Assembly: GCA_964562525.1 (NCBI GenBank)
Contig: CAZLTL010000015.1
Location: 1 to 56,244, forward strand
Direction: 5' to 3'
DNA from: an uncultured bacterium
GTDB lineage: Bacteria > Omnitrophota > Omnitrophia > Omnitrophales > Aquincolibacteriaceae
DNA length: 56,244 nucleotides
The position numbers and the translations under genes were made by a program. Of the stretch, positions 45,864-55,900 are shown piece after piece (position 1 is the first letter of the stretch; each line of letters starts with the position of its first letter). The notes beneath the pieces are model-generated. The model saw only the letters and a program-made list of their open reading frames with translations. It was not told where the DNA came from and searched no databases.

Positions 45864-47237
45864 ATGGAAGTTCGTGTCCCGCAGTTAGGTGAAGGTGTTG
45901 ATAGTGGAGTTGTCGTCAATATTCTTGTCAAAGTCGGCGAAGCCGTAAAAAAGAATCAGACCTTGATTGAATTGGAAAGCGGCAAAGCGGTTGCGCCGAT
46001 TCCTTCGACTGGGGATGGCTCAATCCAGACTCTTCATATTAAGCAAGGTGATAAAGTTTCAGTTGGGCAGCTCATTGCCACTTTGGCAGGTGCGGGATCT
46101 TCGTCAGCGACCTCCGGCGCTGCACCTAAAACTGAATCTTTCTCCGCGCCTGTGGTTTCTCAGACAATTGCGGTTCAGCAGCCTTCATTTATTCCCGCGG
46201 CAATTCCTGCGGGGGCTTATCAATATCAATCTCAAAGCGGTTCTCCGCCGCCGGCATCACCTTCGGTGCGTGCGATGGCGCGTGACCTTGGTATTGATCT
46301 TGGGCGTGTGCGCGGAACAGAGAGTGGCGGACGGATTGGTTTGGCGGATTTGCGGAACTATATTATGCAAATTCAATCGATGGCATTTTCTGCGGGCGCT
46401 GCGACTGTAGCGCCGCAGCAAATTGCGGCACCGAAACAAGAATCAGTCGATTTTTCTCAATGGGGTCCGGTTACAAAAAAGCCGCTGACTTCTTTGCGCC
46501 GGACTATCGCAAAGCGGATGCATGAGTCTTGGAGTGCGATACCGCATGTGACGCAATTTGATGAAGCCGATGTAACCGTTATCAGTCAATTGCGTAAAAA
46601 ATACGCGCCTGATTATGAAAAGAAGGGCGTGAATTTGACTTTGACCGCAATCATCTTAAAAGCAGTTACGGTCGCGCTGAAGAAACATCCTGTAATTAAC
46701 TCCAGCCTTGATCTTGAAAAAGACGAGCTGGTTTTGAAGGAATACATTCATTTGGGCGTGGCGGTTGATACCGATCAGGGACTCATTGTTCCGGTTATTC
46801 GCGATGCGGACAAAAAGTCGATTTTAGAATTGGCTTCCGCGATTGGACAAGTGGCGGAAAAAACGCGCCAAAGAAAAATTTCAGGCGATGATCTTAAGGG
46901 CGGTACCTTTACCATTTCCAATTTGGGTGGTATCGGCGGCGGTCATTTTACGCCGATCGTAAATAAGCCCGAGGTTGCGATTCTGGGGATCGGCCGCGGC
47001 GTTCCAAAGCCGGTTGTGCGTGAAGGTAAAATTGAAGTTCGCCAACTTATGCCGGTGTGCGTTTCTTATGACCATCGCGTTATTGATGGGGCGGATGGCG
47101 CGCGTTTCACAAGGTCGTTTATTGAAGCACTTGAGAAAATATCTGATGCTGACATACGTTTAGGCTCTGCGGCTAAGCCGCAACCGCCGGTGAAAACCGC
47201 GGCTAAAAAATTAGTGAAAAAGGCAGGCAAGAAATGA
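45864..47237 (+). CDS. aceF: Dihydrolipoamide acetyltransferase E2 (single lipoyl domain)
   Basis: LIELESGKAVAPIPS (lipoyl-Lys), SPSVRAMARDLGIDL (subunit-binding domain) and SYDHRVIDGADGARF (catalytic His). Confidence 0.95.
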   Translation: MEVRVPQLGEGVDSGVVVNILVKVGEAVKKNQTLIELESGKAVAPIPSTGDGSIQTLHIKQGDKVSVGQLIATLAGAGSSSATSGAAPKTESFSAPVVSQTIAVQQPSFIPAAIPAGAYQYQSQSGSPPPASPSVRAMARDLGIDLGRVRGTESGGRIGLADLRNYIMQIQSMAFSAGAATVAPQQIAAPKQESVDFSQWGPVTKKPLTSLRRTIAKRMHESWSAIPHVTQFDEADVTVISQLRKKYAPDYEKKGVNLTLTAIILKAVTVALKKHPVINSSLDLEKDELVLKEYIHLGVAVDTDQGLIVPVIRDADKKSILELASAIGQVAEKTRQRKISGDDLKGGTFTISNLGGIGGGHFTPIVNKPEVAILGIGRGVPKPVVREGKIEVRQLMPVCVSYDHRVIDGADGARFTRSFIEALEKISDADIRLGSAAKPQPPVKTAAKKLVKKAGKK

Positions 47238-48667
47238 ACAAGATTGAAGCGGATATTGTTGTTTTAGGCGCGGGCCCCGGTGGGTATGCTGCGGCTTTTT
47301 ACGCGGCAACTCAAGGACGCCAAGTTTTGATGATTGAAAAAGATGATCGATTGGGTGGGGTTTGTTTGAATCGCGGATGTATTCCGTCGAAAGCTCTTTT
47401 GCATGCGACCGCTTTATTAGGTGAAGCAAAAGAAAGTTCCCATTGGGGAATTGATTTTGGAGCTCCGAAAATTAATTTGGAAAAAATGCGTGCATGGAAA
47501 GAATCTATTTTAAGCAAACTGTCTGAAGGAATTCGTGGTTTAGCAAAGCGTCGCCAGGTTGAGGTTATTAAAGGTCGCGGACATTTTGAAGGAAATAATG
47601 TTTTGCGCTTGGAAACAGCCGAAGGACAAAAATTTATTCATTATAAAAAGGTGATCATTGCAGTCGGATCATCGCCGGCTTTACCGGCTGTTTTTGACTT
47701 AGGCAACAAGCGGATAATGACCTCTACGGAAGCTTTGGAATTAGAAGAGATTCCGGAAACTCTGCTGGTTGTGGGCGGCGGCTATATTGGTATGGAATTG
47801 GGAACAGTTTATTCCGAGTTGGGCAGCCAGGTTACGGTTGTAGAAGCGATGGACTCGATTTTGGCGGGAGCGGATGCGGATCTTGCGCGTCCGGTTCAGG
47901 AGTATGCGAAAAAGAATTTTAAAGAAGTTCGCGTCAAAGCCAAAGTTTTAAAAATGTCTACGCAAGGAAAGCAGATTAAGGTGCAGATGGAGTATGAGGG
48001 TAAAAAACTTGAAGAGCTTTATGACCGCGTATTGGTTTCTGTCGGCCGTGTTCCCAATACGGAGGACTTAGGGTTGAAGAGCACCAATGTGCAGCTCGAT
48101 GCGAAGGGGTTCATTAAAGTGAACTCGATGCAGCAAACAGATGATATCGATATTCTCGCCATTGGCGATGTTGTTGGTGGTTTAATGCTGGCGCATAAAG
48201 CATCCAAAGAGGCGCGTATTGCGGTTGACCGCATTTGCGGCGGACATAGCGTATTTGAGGATGTGGTTATTCCGGCGGTTGTTTTTACAAATCCCGAAGT
48301 AGCTTGGTGCGGGTTGACTGAGGCCGACGCCCGTAAACGTAACATTCCGGTTGATGTCGTTAAGTTTCCTTGGGCCGCAAGCGGAAGGGCTATGACGCTT
48401 GACCGAACCGACGGATTGACTAAGTTGATTGTTGAGCCCGGCACTGAAAGAATTTTAGGTGTTGGTATGGTCGGAGTGGGAGCAGGCGACATGATTGCGG
48501 AGGGGGTTGTTGCGGTTGAGATGGCAGCGACAGCTCGCGATTTGGCTGAGTGTGTCCATCCGCATCCGACATTATCCGAAACTTTGCAGGAAGCAGCTGA
48601 AATGTTCTATGGCCATTCCTCGCACGCTTATTCGCGTCCTCGCGAGCATGCGGAGCATTCGGCTTAA
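47234..48667 (+). CDS. lpdA: Dihydrolipoyl dehydrogenase E3
   Basis: VVLGAGPGGY, GGVCLNRGCIPSKAL (redox disulfide) and HPHPTLSE. Confidence 0.96.
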   Translation: MNKIEADIVVLGAGPGGYAAAFYAATQGRQVLMIEKDDRLGGVCLNRGCIPSKALLHATALLGEAKESSHWGIDFGAPKINLEKMRAWKESILSKLSEGIRGLAKRRQVEVIKGRGHFEGNNVLRLETAEGQKFIHYKKVIIAVGSSPALPAVFDLGNKRIMTSTEALELEEIPETLLVVGGGYIGMELGTVYSELGSQVTVVEAMDSILAGADADLARPVQEYAKKNFKEVRVKAKVLKMSTQGKQIKVQMEYEGKKLEELYDRVLVSVGRVPNTEDLGLKSTNVQLDAKGFIKVNSMQQTDDIDILAIGDVVGGLMLAHKASKEARIAVDRICGGHSVFEDVVIPAVVFTNPEVAWCGLTEADARKRNIPVDVVKFPWAASGRAMTLDRTDGLTKLIVEPGTERILGVGMVGVGAGDMIAEGVVAVEMAATARDLAECVHPHPTLSETLQEAAEMFYGHSSHAYSRPREHAEHSA

Positions 48668-48720
48668 CAACCTATTTAGGCGGTAAATAACCTGTTGTAT
48701 AATGCAGCAGAGAAAAAAAT

Positions 48721-49194
48721 ATGCGACCGACACAGCAACTTGTTAAAAGCATCAAAATTGGGCAAATTGTTAATCCGCGTTTGATCCAGGCTCCGCCTGA
48801 AATCTCAGTCCGCACTGCGGTTGAAATCATGCAGAATAATAAATCCGGATATATTGTTGTCGCGGATCATACCCGCAAAGTTGTCGGTATGTTCACTGAG
48901 ACGGACGTGCTTAATCGCGTCTTCGGAAAGAAAGATGTGTGGAGTAAACCCGTCGCTGAGTTTATGACCAAGGCTCCGATCGTGCTGAGTGTCAATGATA
49001 CGGTGGGGAGAGCGATTGAGATTATGGGCAAGAACCGCTTTTATCATATTCCGCTGGTTGATGACAAAGGGTGTTTGGTTAATGTGATCTCGGTTCGAAC
49101 GTTAATTCGTTTTCTTGCCGAGTTTTATCCCACAGAAATTTATAATTTGCCGCCGAAGTACGACCAGACCATGGAGACAGCGGAAGGAGGTTAA
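48721..49194 (+). CDS. CBS-pair domain protein
   Basis: Two CBS motifs (VVGMFTETDVLNRV; LVNVISVRTLIRFL). 157 aa with no other domain. Confidence 0.8.
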   Translation: MRPTQQLVKSIKIGQIVNPRLIQAPPEISVRTAVEIMQNNKSGYIVVADHTRKVVGMFTETDVLNRVFGKKDVWSKPVAEFMTKAPIVLSVNDTVGRAIEIMGKNRFYHIPLVDDKGCLVNVISVRTLIRFLAEFYPTEIYNLPPKYDQTMETAEGG

Positions 49195-49278
49195 CGTAAG
49201 GTTAACCTCAGGTGGGCAGTGTCATTTTCGGTCATCGATTAATCTCGGGCCGCAAAAAAAAATTAAATAGAAAGAGAA

Positions 49279-51150
49279 ATGGTAATGGAAACCCAGAAAG
49301 ATACAGAAGTAAAAACAGCGCAGGGAGTTCAAGAGCTTTCGGCGATTACGGTTCGATTCGCGGGTGATTCCGGTGACGGGATGCAGCTGACAGGAGATCA
49401 GTTTACAGATACCACAGCGATGATGGGGAATGACTTCGCAACTTTCCCTGATTATCCGGCGGAAATTCGAGCTCCGGTCGGAACTTTGCCTGGTGTCAGC
49501 AGCTTCCAAATTCAATTTTCGAAGTCGATTATTTTCACACCGGGGGACATGTCGGATGTTCTCGTGGCGATGAACCCTGCCGCGCTCAAGGTCAATTTGA
49601 CCAATCTGAAAAAGAACGGTTTGATCATCGTTAACTCAGATGCTTTTAATGAGAATAATCTCCGCAAATCTGCGTGGAAAGCCAATCCGCTCACGGATGA
49701 GACGCTTAAAGATTTTCAAGTGATTAAAGTTCCGCTTTCCGAGTTAACTAAGAACGCGCTCAAAGAGCATCCTTTGAAGTTAACCGAGGTTGACCGCTGC
49801 AAAAACTTTTTTGCACTGGGTATGATGTTTTGGCTTTATGACCGAGTTTTAGATCATACGGTTGATTGGATTACAAAGAAGTTTTCTAAAAAGCCGGAGA
49901 TGGTTAACGCGAATATTGCGGCACTTAAGGCTGGGTACAACTACGCGGACATTACAGAAACTTTGCCCACACAATACCGCATTCCAAAAACAAAAATGGA
50001 GCCGGGCATCTATCGTAAAATCTCCGGAAATGAAGCAACTGCAATTGGGTTAATTGCTGCCGCAAATCTAGCCGGTAAAACTCTCTTTTATGGTTCTTAT
50101 CCTATTACTCCTGCAAGTAACATTCTGCATGATTTGGCGCGCTACAAAAACTTTGGAGTACGTACTTTTCAAGCTGAGGATGAAATTGCCGCGATGGGGA
50201 CAACGATTGGTGCTGCTTATGGCGGTGCGATTGGTGTGACCGGAACCAGCGGTCCAGGAATTTGTTTGAAATCAGAAGCGCTCGGATTAGCCGTGATGGC
50301 TGAATTGCCGGTGGTTGTGATAGACGTTCAGCGCGGCGGTCCCAGTACTGGAATGCCGACGAAGACCGAACAAACGGATTTACTTCAGGTGATGTTTGGA
50401 AGAAACGGCGAGTCTCCGGTCGTTGTTCTCGCACCGAAAACTCCTTCCGACTGTTTTGCGATGGCTGTGGAAGCCGTGCGGTTAGCGTTAACTCATATGA
50501 CCCCCGTCGTTTTCTTATCGGAAGGTTATTTAGCCAATGCCGCTGAGCCATGGAAACTTCCCAAAATTGAAGATCTTCCTAAAATTGAAGTGAAGCATCC
50601 TGTTGCCGAAGAAGGAAAAGTATTTCAACCCTACTCGCGTGATGAAAAAACATTGGCGCGCCCATGGGCATTGCCCGGAACTCCGGGTTTAGAGCATCGC
50701 ATCGGAGGACTTTCAAAGGCGGACCTAACCGGAAACGTTAGTTATGATCCGGAAAACAATCAGAAAATGATTAATTTTCGTGCTGAGAAAGTTCAAAGAA
50801 TTGCGAATGATATTCCTGAGCTTGAAGTTCGCGGCGAGCAAAAGGGAAAAATATTAATTTTAGGTTGGGGCGGAACATTCGGTGCGATTTTTCAAGCTAT
50901 GGAAGAGTTAGCGGGGCAGGGAATTCACGTTTCGCATGCTCATCTTAATTATATCAATCCTTTCCCGAGGAACTTGGGAAAAGTACTGGCAAATTTTGAA
51001 AAAGTTTTGATCCCGGAGTTGAATATGGGGCACCTTTTAATGTTGATTCGCAACTCGTTCCCGGGTGTGAATGCCGTCGGGTTGCATAAAGTCAAAGGGT
51101 TGCCGTTTTATGGTGCTGAAATTACAGCCCGTGTGAAGGAGCTTTTATGA
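49279..51150 (+). CDS. korA: 2-oxoacid:ferredoxin oxidoreductase alpha subunit (KorA-type, N-terminal gamma-like domain fused)
   Basis: RFAGDSGDGMQLTG, GSYPITPAS and GPSTGMPTKTEQ. Confidence 0.9.
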   Translation: MVMETQKDTEVKTAQGVQELSAITVRFAGDSGDGMQLTGDQFTDTTAMMGNDFATFPDYPAEIRAPVGTLPGVSSFQIQFSKSIIFTPGDMSDVLVAMNPAALKVNLTNLKKNGLIIVNSDAFNENNLRKSAWKANPLTDETLKDFQVIKVPLSELTKNALKEHPLKLTEVDRCKNFFALGMMFWLYDRVLDHTVDWITKKFSKKPEMVNANIAALKAGYNYADITETLPTQYRIPKTKMEPGIYRKISGNEATAIGLIAAANLAGKTLFYGSYPITPASNILHDLARYKNFGVRTFQAEDEIAAMGTTIGAAYGGAIGVTGTSGPGICLKSEALGLAVMAELPVVVIDVQRGGPSTGMPTKTEQTDLLQVMFGRNGESPVVVLAPKTPSDCFAMAVEAVRLALTHMTPVVFLSEGYLANAAEPWKLPKIEDLPKIEVKHPVAEEGKVFQPYSRDEKTLARPWALPGTPGLEHRIGGLSKADLTGNVSYDPENNQKMINFRAEKVQRIANDIPELEVRGEQKGKILILGWGGTFGAIFQAMEELAGQGIHVSHAHLNYINPFPRNLGKVLANFEKVLIPELNMGHLLMLIRNSFPGVNAVGLHKVKGLPFYGAEITARVKELL

Positions 51151-52181
51151 GTCCTGATACTTTAGTGCCGGAACCGCTTCCGTATCAAAAAGCGGATTTC
51201 GAATCGAATCAAGAAGTCCGCTGGTGTCCGGGTTGCGGAGATTACTCTATTTTAGCAACGATGCAGCGAACGCTTGCCAAGTTTAAAAAACCAAAGCATG
51301 AATACGCTTTCATATCCGGCATTGGCTGTTCGAGCCGTTTCCCTTATTACATGAATACTTATGGGTTTCATACCATTCATGGCCGTGCGCCGACGATTGC
51401 ATCCGGTTTGCGCTGTGTTAATCCCAATCTTTCGATTTGGGTTATTACGGGTGACGGGGATGGGCTCAGTATTGGTGGAAACCATTTGATTCACTGTATG
51501 CGCCGCAATATCAATCTTAATATTCTATTGGTTAATAATGAAATTTATGGGTTGACCAAAGGGCAATACTCGCCGACATCGAAAGTCGGGACTGTGACGA
51601 AGTCGACTCCGATGGGTTCAGTTGATTATCCGATTAACGCGCTATGCATCGCTATCGCGTCGGAAGCGACTTTTATCGCACGAACCTTAGATTCGGACCC
51701 CAATCACATGAGTATGGTTTTGGAGCGCGCTGAGAAACACAAAGGGGTTTCCTTTGTTGAGATTTTGCAGAATTGCGTCATTTTCAACGATAAGGTTCAT
51801 GCTCCCGTGATCGGTCGAGAAAACCGCGAAGACCGTATGATTTATATGGAGCATGGGAAGCCGCTCTTGTTCGGAAAAAATAAATCCAAGGCGATTAAGC
51901 TGAACGGTTTACGGGCTGACATTACTGATGCGAATGATCCGGATGCGAAAGACCATTTGTTGATTCATAATGAAAAAGACTCAACACCAAATTATGCCTA
52001 TCTTTTAACACAAATGACCTACCCAGAAATGCCGGTTCCGTTTGGTGTTTTTCGCGACATTGAAAGGCCGACTTATGATGAGCTTGTTTTAGGCCAAGAA
52101 AAGGCTGCTTTGGAGCAAAGAGGTAAAGGTGATCTTAAAAAATTGATTTATGGTTCCAATACTTGGGAGGTGACTGCCTAA
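51147..52181 (+). CDS. korB: 2-oxoacid:ferredoxin oxidoreductase beta subunit (TPP-binding)
   Basis: WCPGCGDYSIL, GDGDGLSIGGNH and NNEIYGLTKGQ. Overlaps korA by 4 nt. Confidence 0.93.
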   Translation: MSPDTLVPEPLPYQKADFESNQEVRWCPGCGDYSILATMQRTLAKFKKPKHEYAFISGIGCSSRFPYYMNTYGFHTIHGRAPTIASGLRCVNPNLSIWVITGDGDGLSIGGNHLIHCMRRNINLNILLVNNEIYGLTKGQYSPTSKVGTVTKSTPMGSVDYPINALCIAIASEATFIARTLDSDPNHMSMVLERAEKHKGVSFVEILQNCVIFNDKVHAPVIGRENREDRMIYMEHGKPLLFGKNKSKAIKLNGLRADITDANDPDAKDHLLIHNEKDSTPNYAYLLTQMTYPEMPVPFGVFRDIERPTYDELVLGQEKAALEQRGKGDLKKLIYGSNTWEVTA

Positions 52182-52696
52182 TGTTTTTCCAACGCAAAGC
52201 GGATCCCAGTCAACCGGCAAAAGATGAAAAGGTTGTTTACCCCGGAGATAAAGTTCCAATGAGTGCGGGAGCTCAGCGTGTTGCCGGAGATGTTTACCAG
52301 AGTGTGATGATGGAAAAACTTGCGGGGGAGCTTGTAAACAAAAAAAGTTTGCTCATTGTTTTACCCTCTGATTCAGTTGAAAAAATTGTTCAGCTTTTGC
52401 AAAAGGAAAAGCAAAGCGCGGTGCTTGTTGTACAGCATGAGCAATTACTCGGGATTGTCAGTAAGCGTGATCTTTTACGCCGAACAGCGGGTATGGAAAC
52501 AAAGCTGATGAATATCAAGGCGCTTGAAGTGATGACGGCGAACCCGGAAATTGTCCGTGCTGCCGACCCATTGGCGTTTGCAGTTAGTAAGATGGCTATG
52601 GGCGGATTTCGGCATTTACCGGTTTTGTCCGATGAAGGTGATCCTATCGGAATCATTTCCATTCAAGATGTTTTGAGCTGTTTGGCACAGCTTTGA
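52181..52696 (+). CDS. CBS-pair domain protein with a ~55-aa N-terminal extension
   Basis: LLGIVSKRDLLRR and PIGIISIQDVLSCL. The start is moved to the ATG at 52181 (TAATG overlap with korB). Confidence 0.75.
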   Translation: MFFQRKADPSQPAKDEKVVYPGDKVPMSAGAQRVAGDVYQSVMMEKLAGELVNKKSLLIVLPSDSVEKIVQLLQKEKQSAVLVVQHEQLLGIVSKRDLLRRTAGMETKLMNIKALEVMTANPEIVRAADPLAFAVSKMAMGGFRHLPVLSDEGDPIGIISIQDVLSCLAQL

Positions 52697-52782
52697 TTTT
52701 ATTTTTCTCTTCTTTTTCCCGCGTGAGTCTTTTTTAGCTGTTTTTTGATAGTCTCTTTTGATTTTTTTTTCGTGATCAATAT

Positions 52783-52815
52783 TGCTAGTTTGCCAAGCTT
52801 AAAACTAGCATTTTA
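52783..52815 (+). terminator. Candidate terminator hairpin after the kor/CBS block
   Basis: Perfect 9-bp inverted repeat TGCTAGTTT (52783-52791) / AAACTAGCA (52802-52810), then TTTTA. The stem is AT-rich, so this is weak. Confidence 0.35.
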
Positions 52816-52849
52816 TAGCGTATGAACTCGCCTTCATCTAATCACTAAA

Positions 52850-52878
52850 TTGACCTCGCTGTAGAGTGCAGTTATACT
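52850..52878 (+). promoter_or_regulatory. Candidate sigma70-type promoter for the YD-repeat protein gene
   Basis: TTGACC at 52850-52855, a 17-nt spacer, and TATACT at 52873-52878. GAGGA at 52902-52906 precedes the TTG at 52917. Confidence 0.5.
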
Positions 52879-52916
52879 TTTTACAGAGTTGATAAATCAT
52901 TGAGGATAAACTGACA

Positions 52917-55900
52917 TTGAGTACTAAGCTTGATCCGGTAAATCGATATTCATTTTCACTGCGCGCTCTCAGTGCGGCAGTTGTTTTCTTTTTTCTTTCC
53001 ACGTCGTTGGATCTTCATTTAGCTTCCGCCAGTTTGATTTCTTCCGCGCCATTTCAAAACTCAGCGATGAGTGATGATATTTTGTATATGAATGACATGG
53101 AAGGTCTTTTGGGGCAGCGTGATGAAAATCCTCTTTCACAAAACCTCGAAGCCACACCTGAAAATGCCGGCAGCCTTCCTGAACAAGATCCCGCGTTAGC
53201 CAAGGAGTCCGAGCTTGCTAATGTAGTTGTTAATCCTTTGTCTCCGGCGGATGGGGTGACCATGATCCGCGAGGATCGCACCGTGATTGAAGGCAAGACT
53301 GTGGTGACATGGAAATATTCTGATACAACGTATTTTTCATTCAACGAAGATGATAAGCGGATCACAGCGATTGGTGATTTTACAAATTCCGAGTTTCCTA
53401 ATGAAATTGAGAAGCGTGAATTTAAGTATGGCGCTAATTCGGTTACGGTGACAACGCAGGGATTGGGCGATCGGTTTGATGTGTATCAGACTTTTGGGAT
53501 GGATAGCAACGGGAACTTAAGCGAACTGCTTGAATCCGGTTATGTGATTGATGGTCAGCCGGTTGTGATGCAGATATATACCGCTGACACGATCACTTAT
53601 TATGAAACCGATGCCGAGGGTTCGACGGAACGAGTTTATGAGAGAAATGAGAATGGAACCGCGGGGCGTTTAATTTCTTTTCATGAGCTGACAGATCCTA
53701 ATAATGCCTCCTATGAGATTACTTACAATGATGTCGCGCAGACAAAGACTGTAACTCAGAATTCAGTAGACGGAACCTTTTGGGTTTATGCCGCATCCGA
53801 TGCCTTGTTTGCAAATCCGATTAGCGTTGGGCAAGGAACCAGCCGAATTGACTTAACTACGCATCTGCGGTTTGGGCAGAGTTTAAATGTATATAAGTTG
53901 TGGGATACGACCGCCGCCGGAAACTCAGCAGAAGCGGGAGTCGCTCCTAAAAACTATATTCTTCGCGAGCGTTTAGAGAATGGCGGGATGGGGCTCATTA
54001 TTAAGGTGATGGACGAACAAACCGAGCTTGAATATGTGTATGACCAAGGTTCTGCGACCGAACCGGCCACTTTAACGATCTTAAATTATAAGAAAGGAAC
54101 TTTTCTAAAGTTTACGCCAACGCCGGGAGCGGATCCTAAGGAGCCGAGCACTTGGATTTCAGACTTCGAGCATTTAATGAGCGCCGGAGCTTTCGATGTG
54201 GTTGGAGGGAATCCGGTTTATAAGGCAAAGCTGATGAAGCAATCTGGTGTTTGGGTTTTGCTCGACGCAAACGATCCGCTTAATTTCAGTGTTTTTGAAG
54301 CTTTGCCGAATCAAGGCATGGGTGGTTTGGTGCGTTTACGCGGTCCTCCGGCGACAGGATCAAGTGAGCGTATTGATCATGTTTATGATTATGATCCTGC
54401 CGCAAAGACAGTTCGTGTTTATGATTTGACGAATCTTATTTACGCAAAATATCTTTATAACGCTCAAGGCTTTCCTGTTCTCGAGTCCTCAGGAACTTTT
54501 GAAATTGATTCTCGATATACCACCCCCTCTTCTTTTTTTCCTTATTCTGATGAGCGCACTTTTGCCAATTTGACAGTTGATCCCAATCGCAATCTTGAAA
54601 CCTTTTATCTACTAGCGGAGGATTCCCATAAGAAAGGTGCCTTTGCTCCTTCTTCAACTTGGACGCGAGGCAGCATTGTTTTTTTCAATTTGCAGAATAG
54701 AAATGTGGCAAACGTTACCATTGAGGCAGATGGCGTCATGTTCACATTTATGGTTGATATTTCAAGTCAGAAAGCGTTGCTCATTAAGCAGCAACTTAAA
54801 ACGAGTCAGCACTCAACTGTTTACACTTATGATTCGTCAAATCGCCTAGTGTCAGCGTATAACTCGCAAACTAGATTGAAAAAAGACTTTTTTCCAGGGA
54901 CATCCACTGTTCGTTTTGAGAACGGGTTCGATGAAAATAACCGGGCATTTGTGCGAGAGTATGACCAACTTGGCCGGTTAAAAAAAATCGAAAGCATCAG
55001 GATTGTGATGGTTGATGGCGTTGCTCAGGATCAGCCGATAGAAACAATTTATTCGTATTCAGGGAATCAGGCCACCGTTATTACGCGTAAACCGGGGCCG
55101 ATCTCTCAGAGTTTAATCTCTGCTGTTTCATCGGGGAAAGGTTCGTCTCGGACTTTGGGAGGAGGCGGGGGCGGCAGTGATCAAGATTCGAAGAGATTGC
55201 AAGACTTGATAGAGGACTATTCTGAGTGCGCAAATATGAAGAAGAATGATCCGAAGAGCTCTGCTAATTGCGAAGATCTTTTGGCCAAAATTAAAAGTCT
55301 TGAAGGTGTTTTAAATTCACCCGGCGGAGGGATGTCTCTTGGTGGGGGTGGTGCAGAAGCAGACGGTGCTTCCATAGCAGTTGACCCAAATGAATTAAGT
55401 CGTCAAGTTATAGATTTAGGAAGTGATGGCTCTTTAGGAGGCGGAGATGATTCGCTTGTGACTTATTCGGATCCTTCCATTGAGAAAGTTAACTATGAAG
55501 GTACAGATAAAGTCCATTTTATTCGAGGTGTTGACGAGAATGGTAATGCCTATGAGCAGGAATATGATGAGGATGGACGGCTTATTAAGTTGACAGGCTA
55601 TCAGACCGAAATCTCCGAATCAGGGGTGGGTTATCGTAAAACTGTTACGGAATACACCTACAGTAATGGTGAAGCCACGATTGTAACGAGTGAAGTGAAT
55701 GGTGATGGGACGAAGGGTGAGGAGAAGAGTCGGCAGGTTATTGGGCTAGGAGCGGATGGCAAGCTGGGTGGTGGAGATGATTCACTCAAAAGTTATGTGG
55801 GCGGTGATGTTAGCCAAGAGTTTTATGCTGGAACGAACAAGGTGCATTTTGTTCGAGGCAAGGATGAGAACGGAAAGGATTTCGAGCAAGAATATGATGA

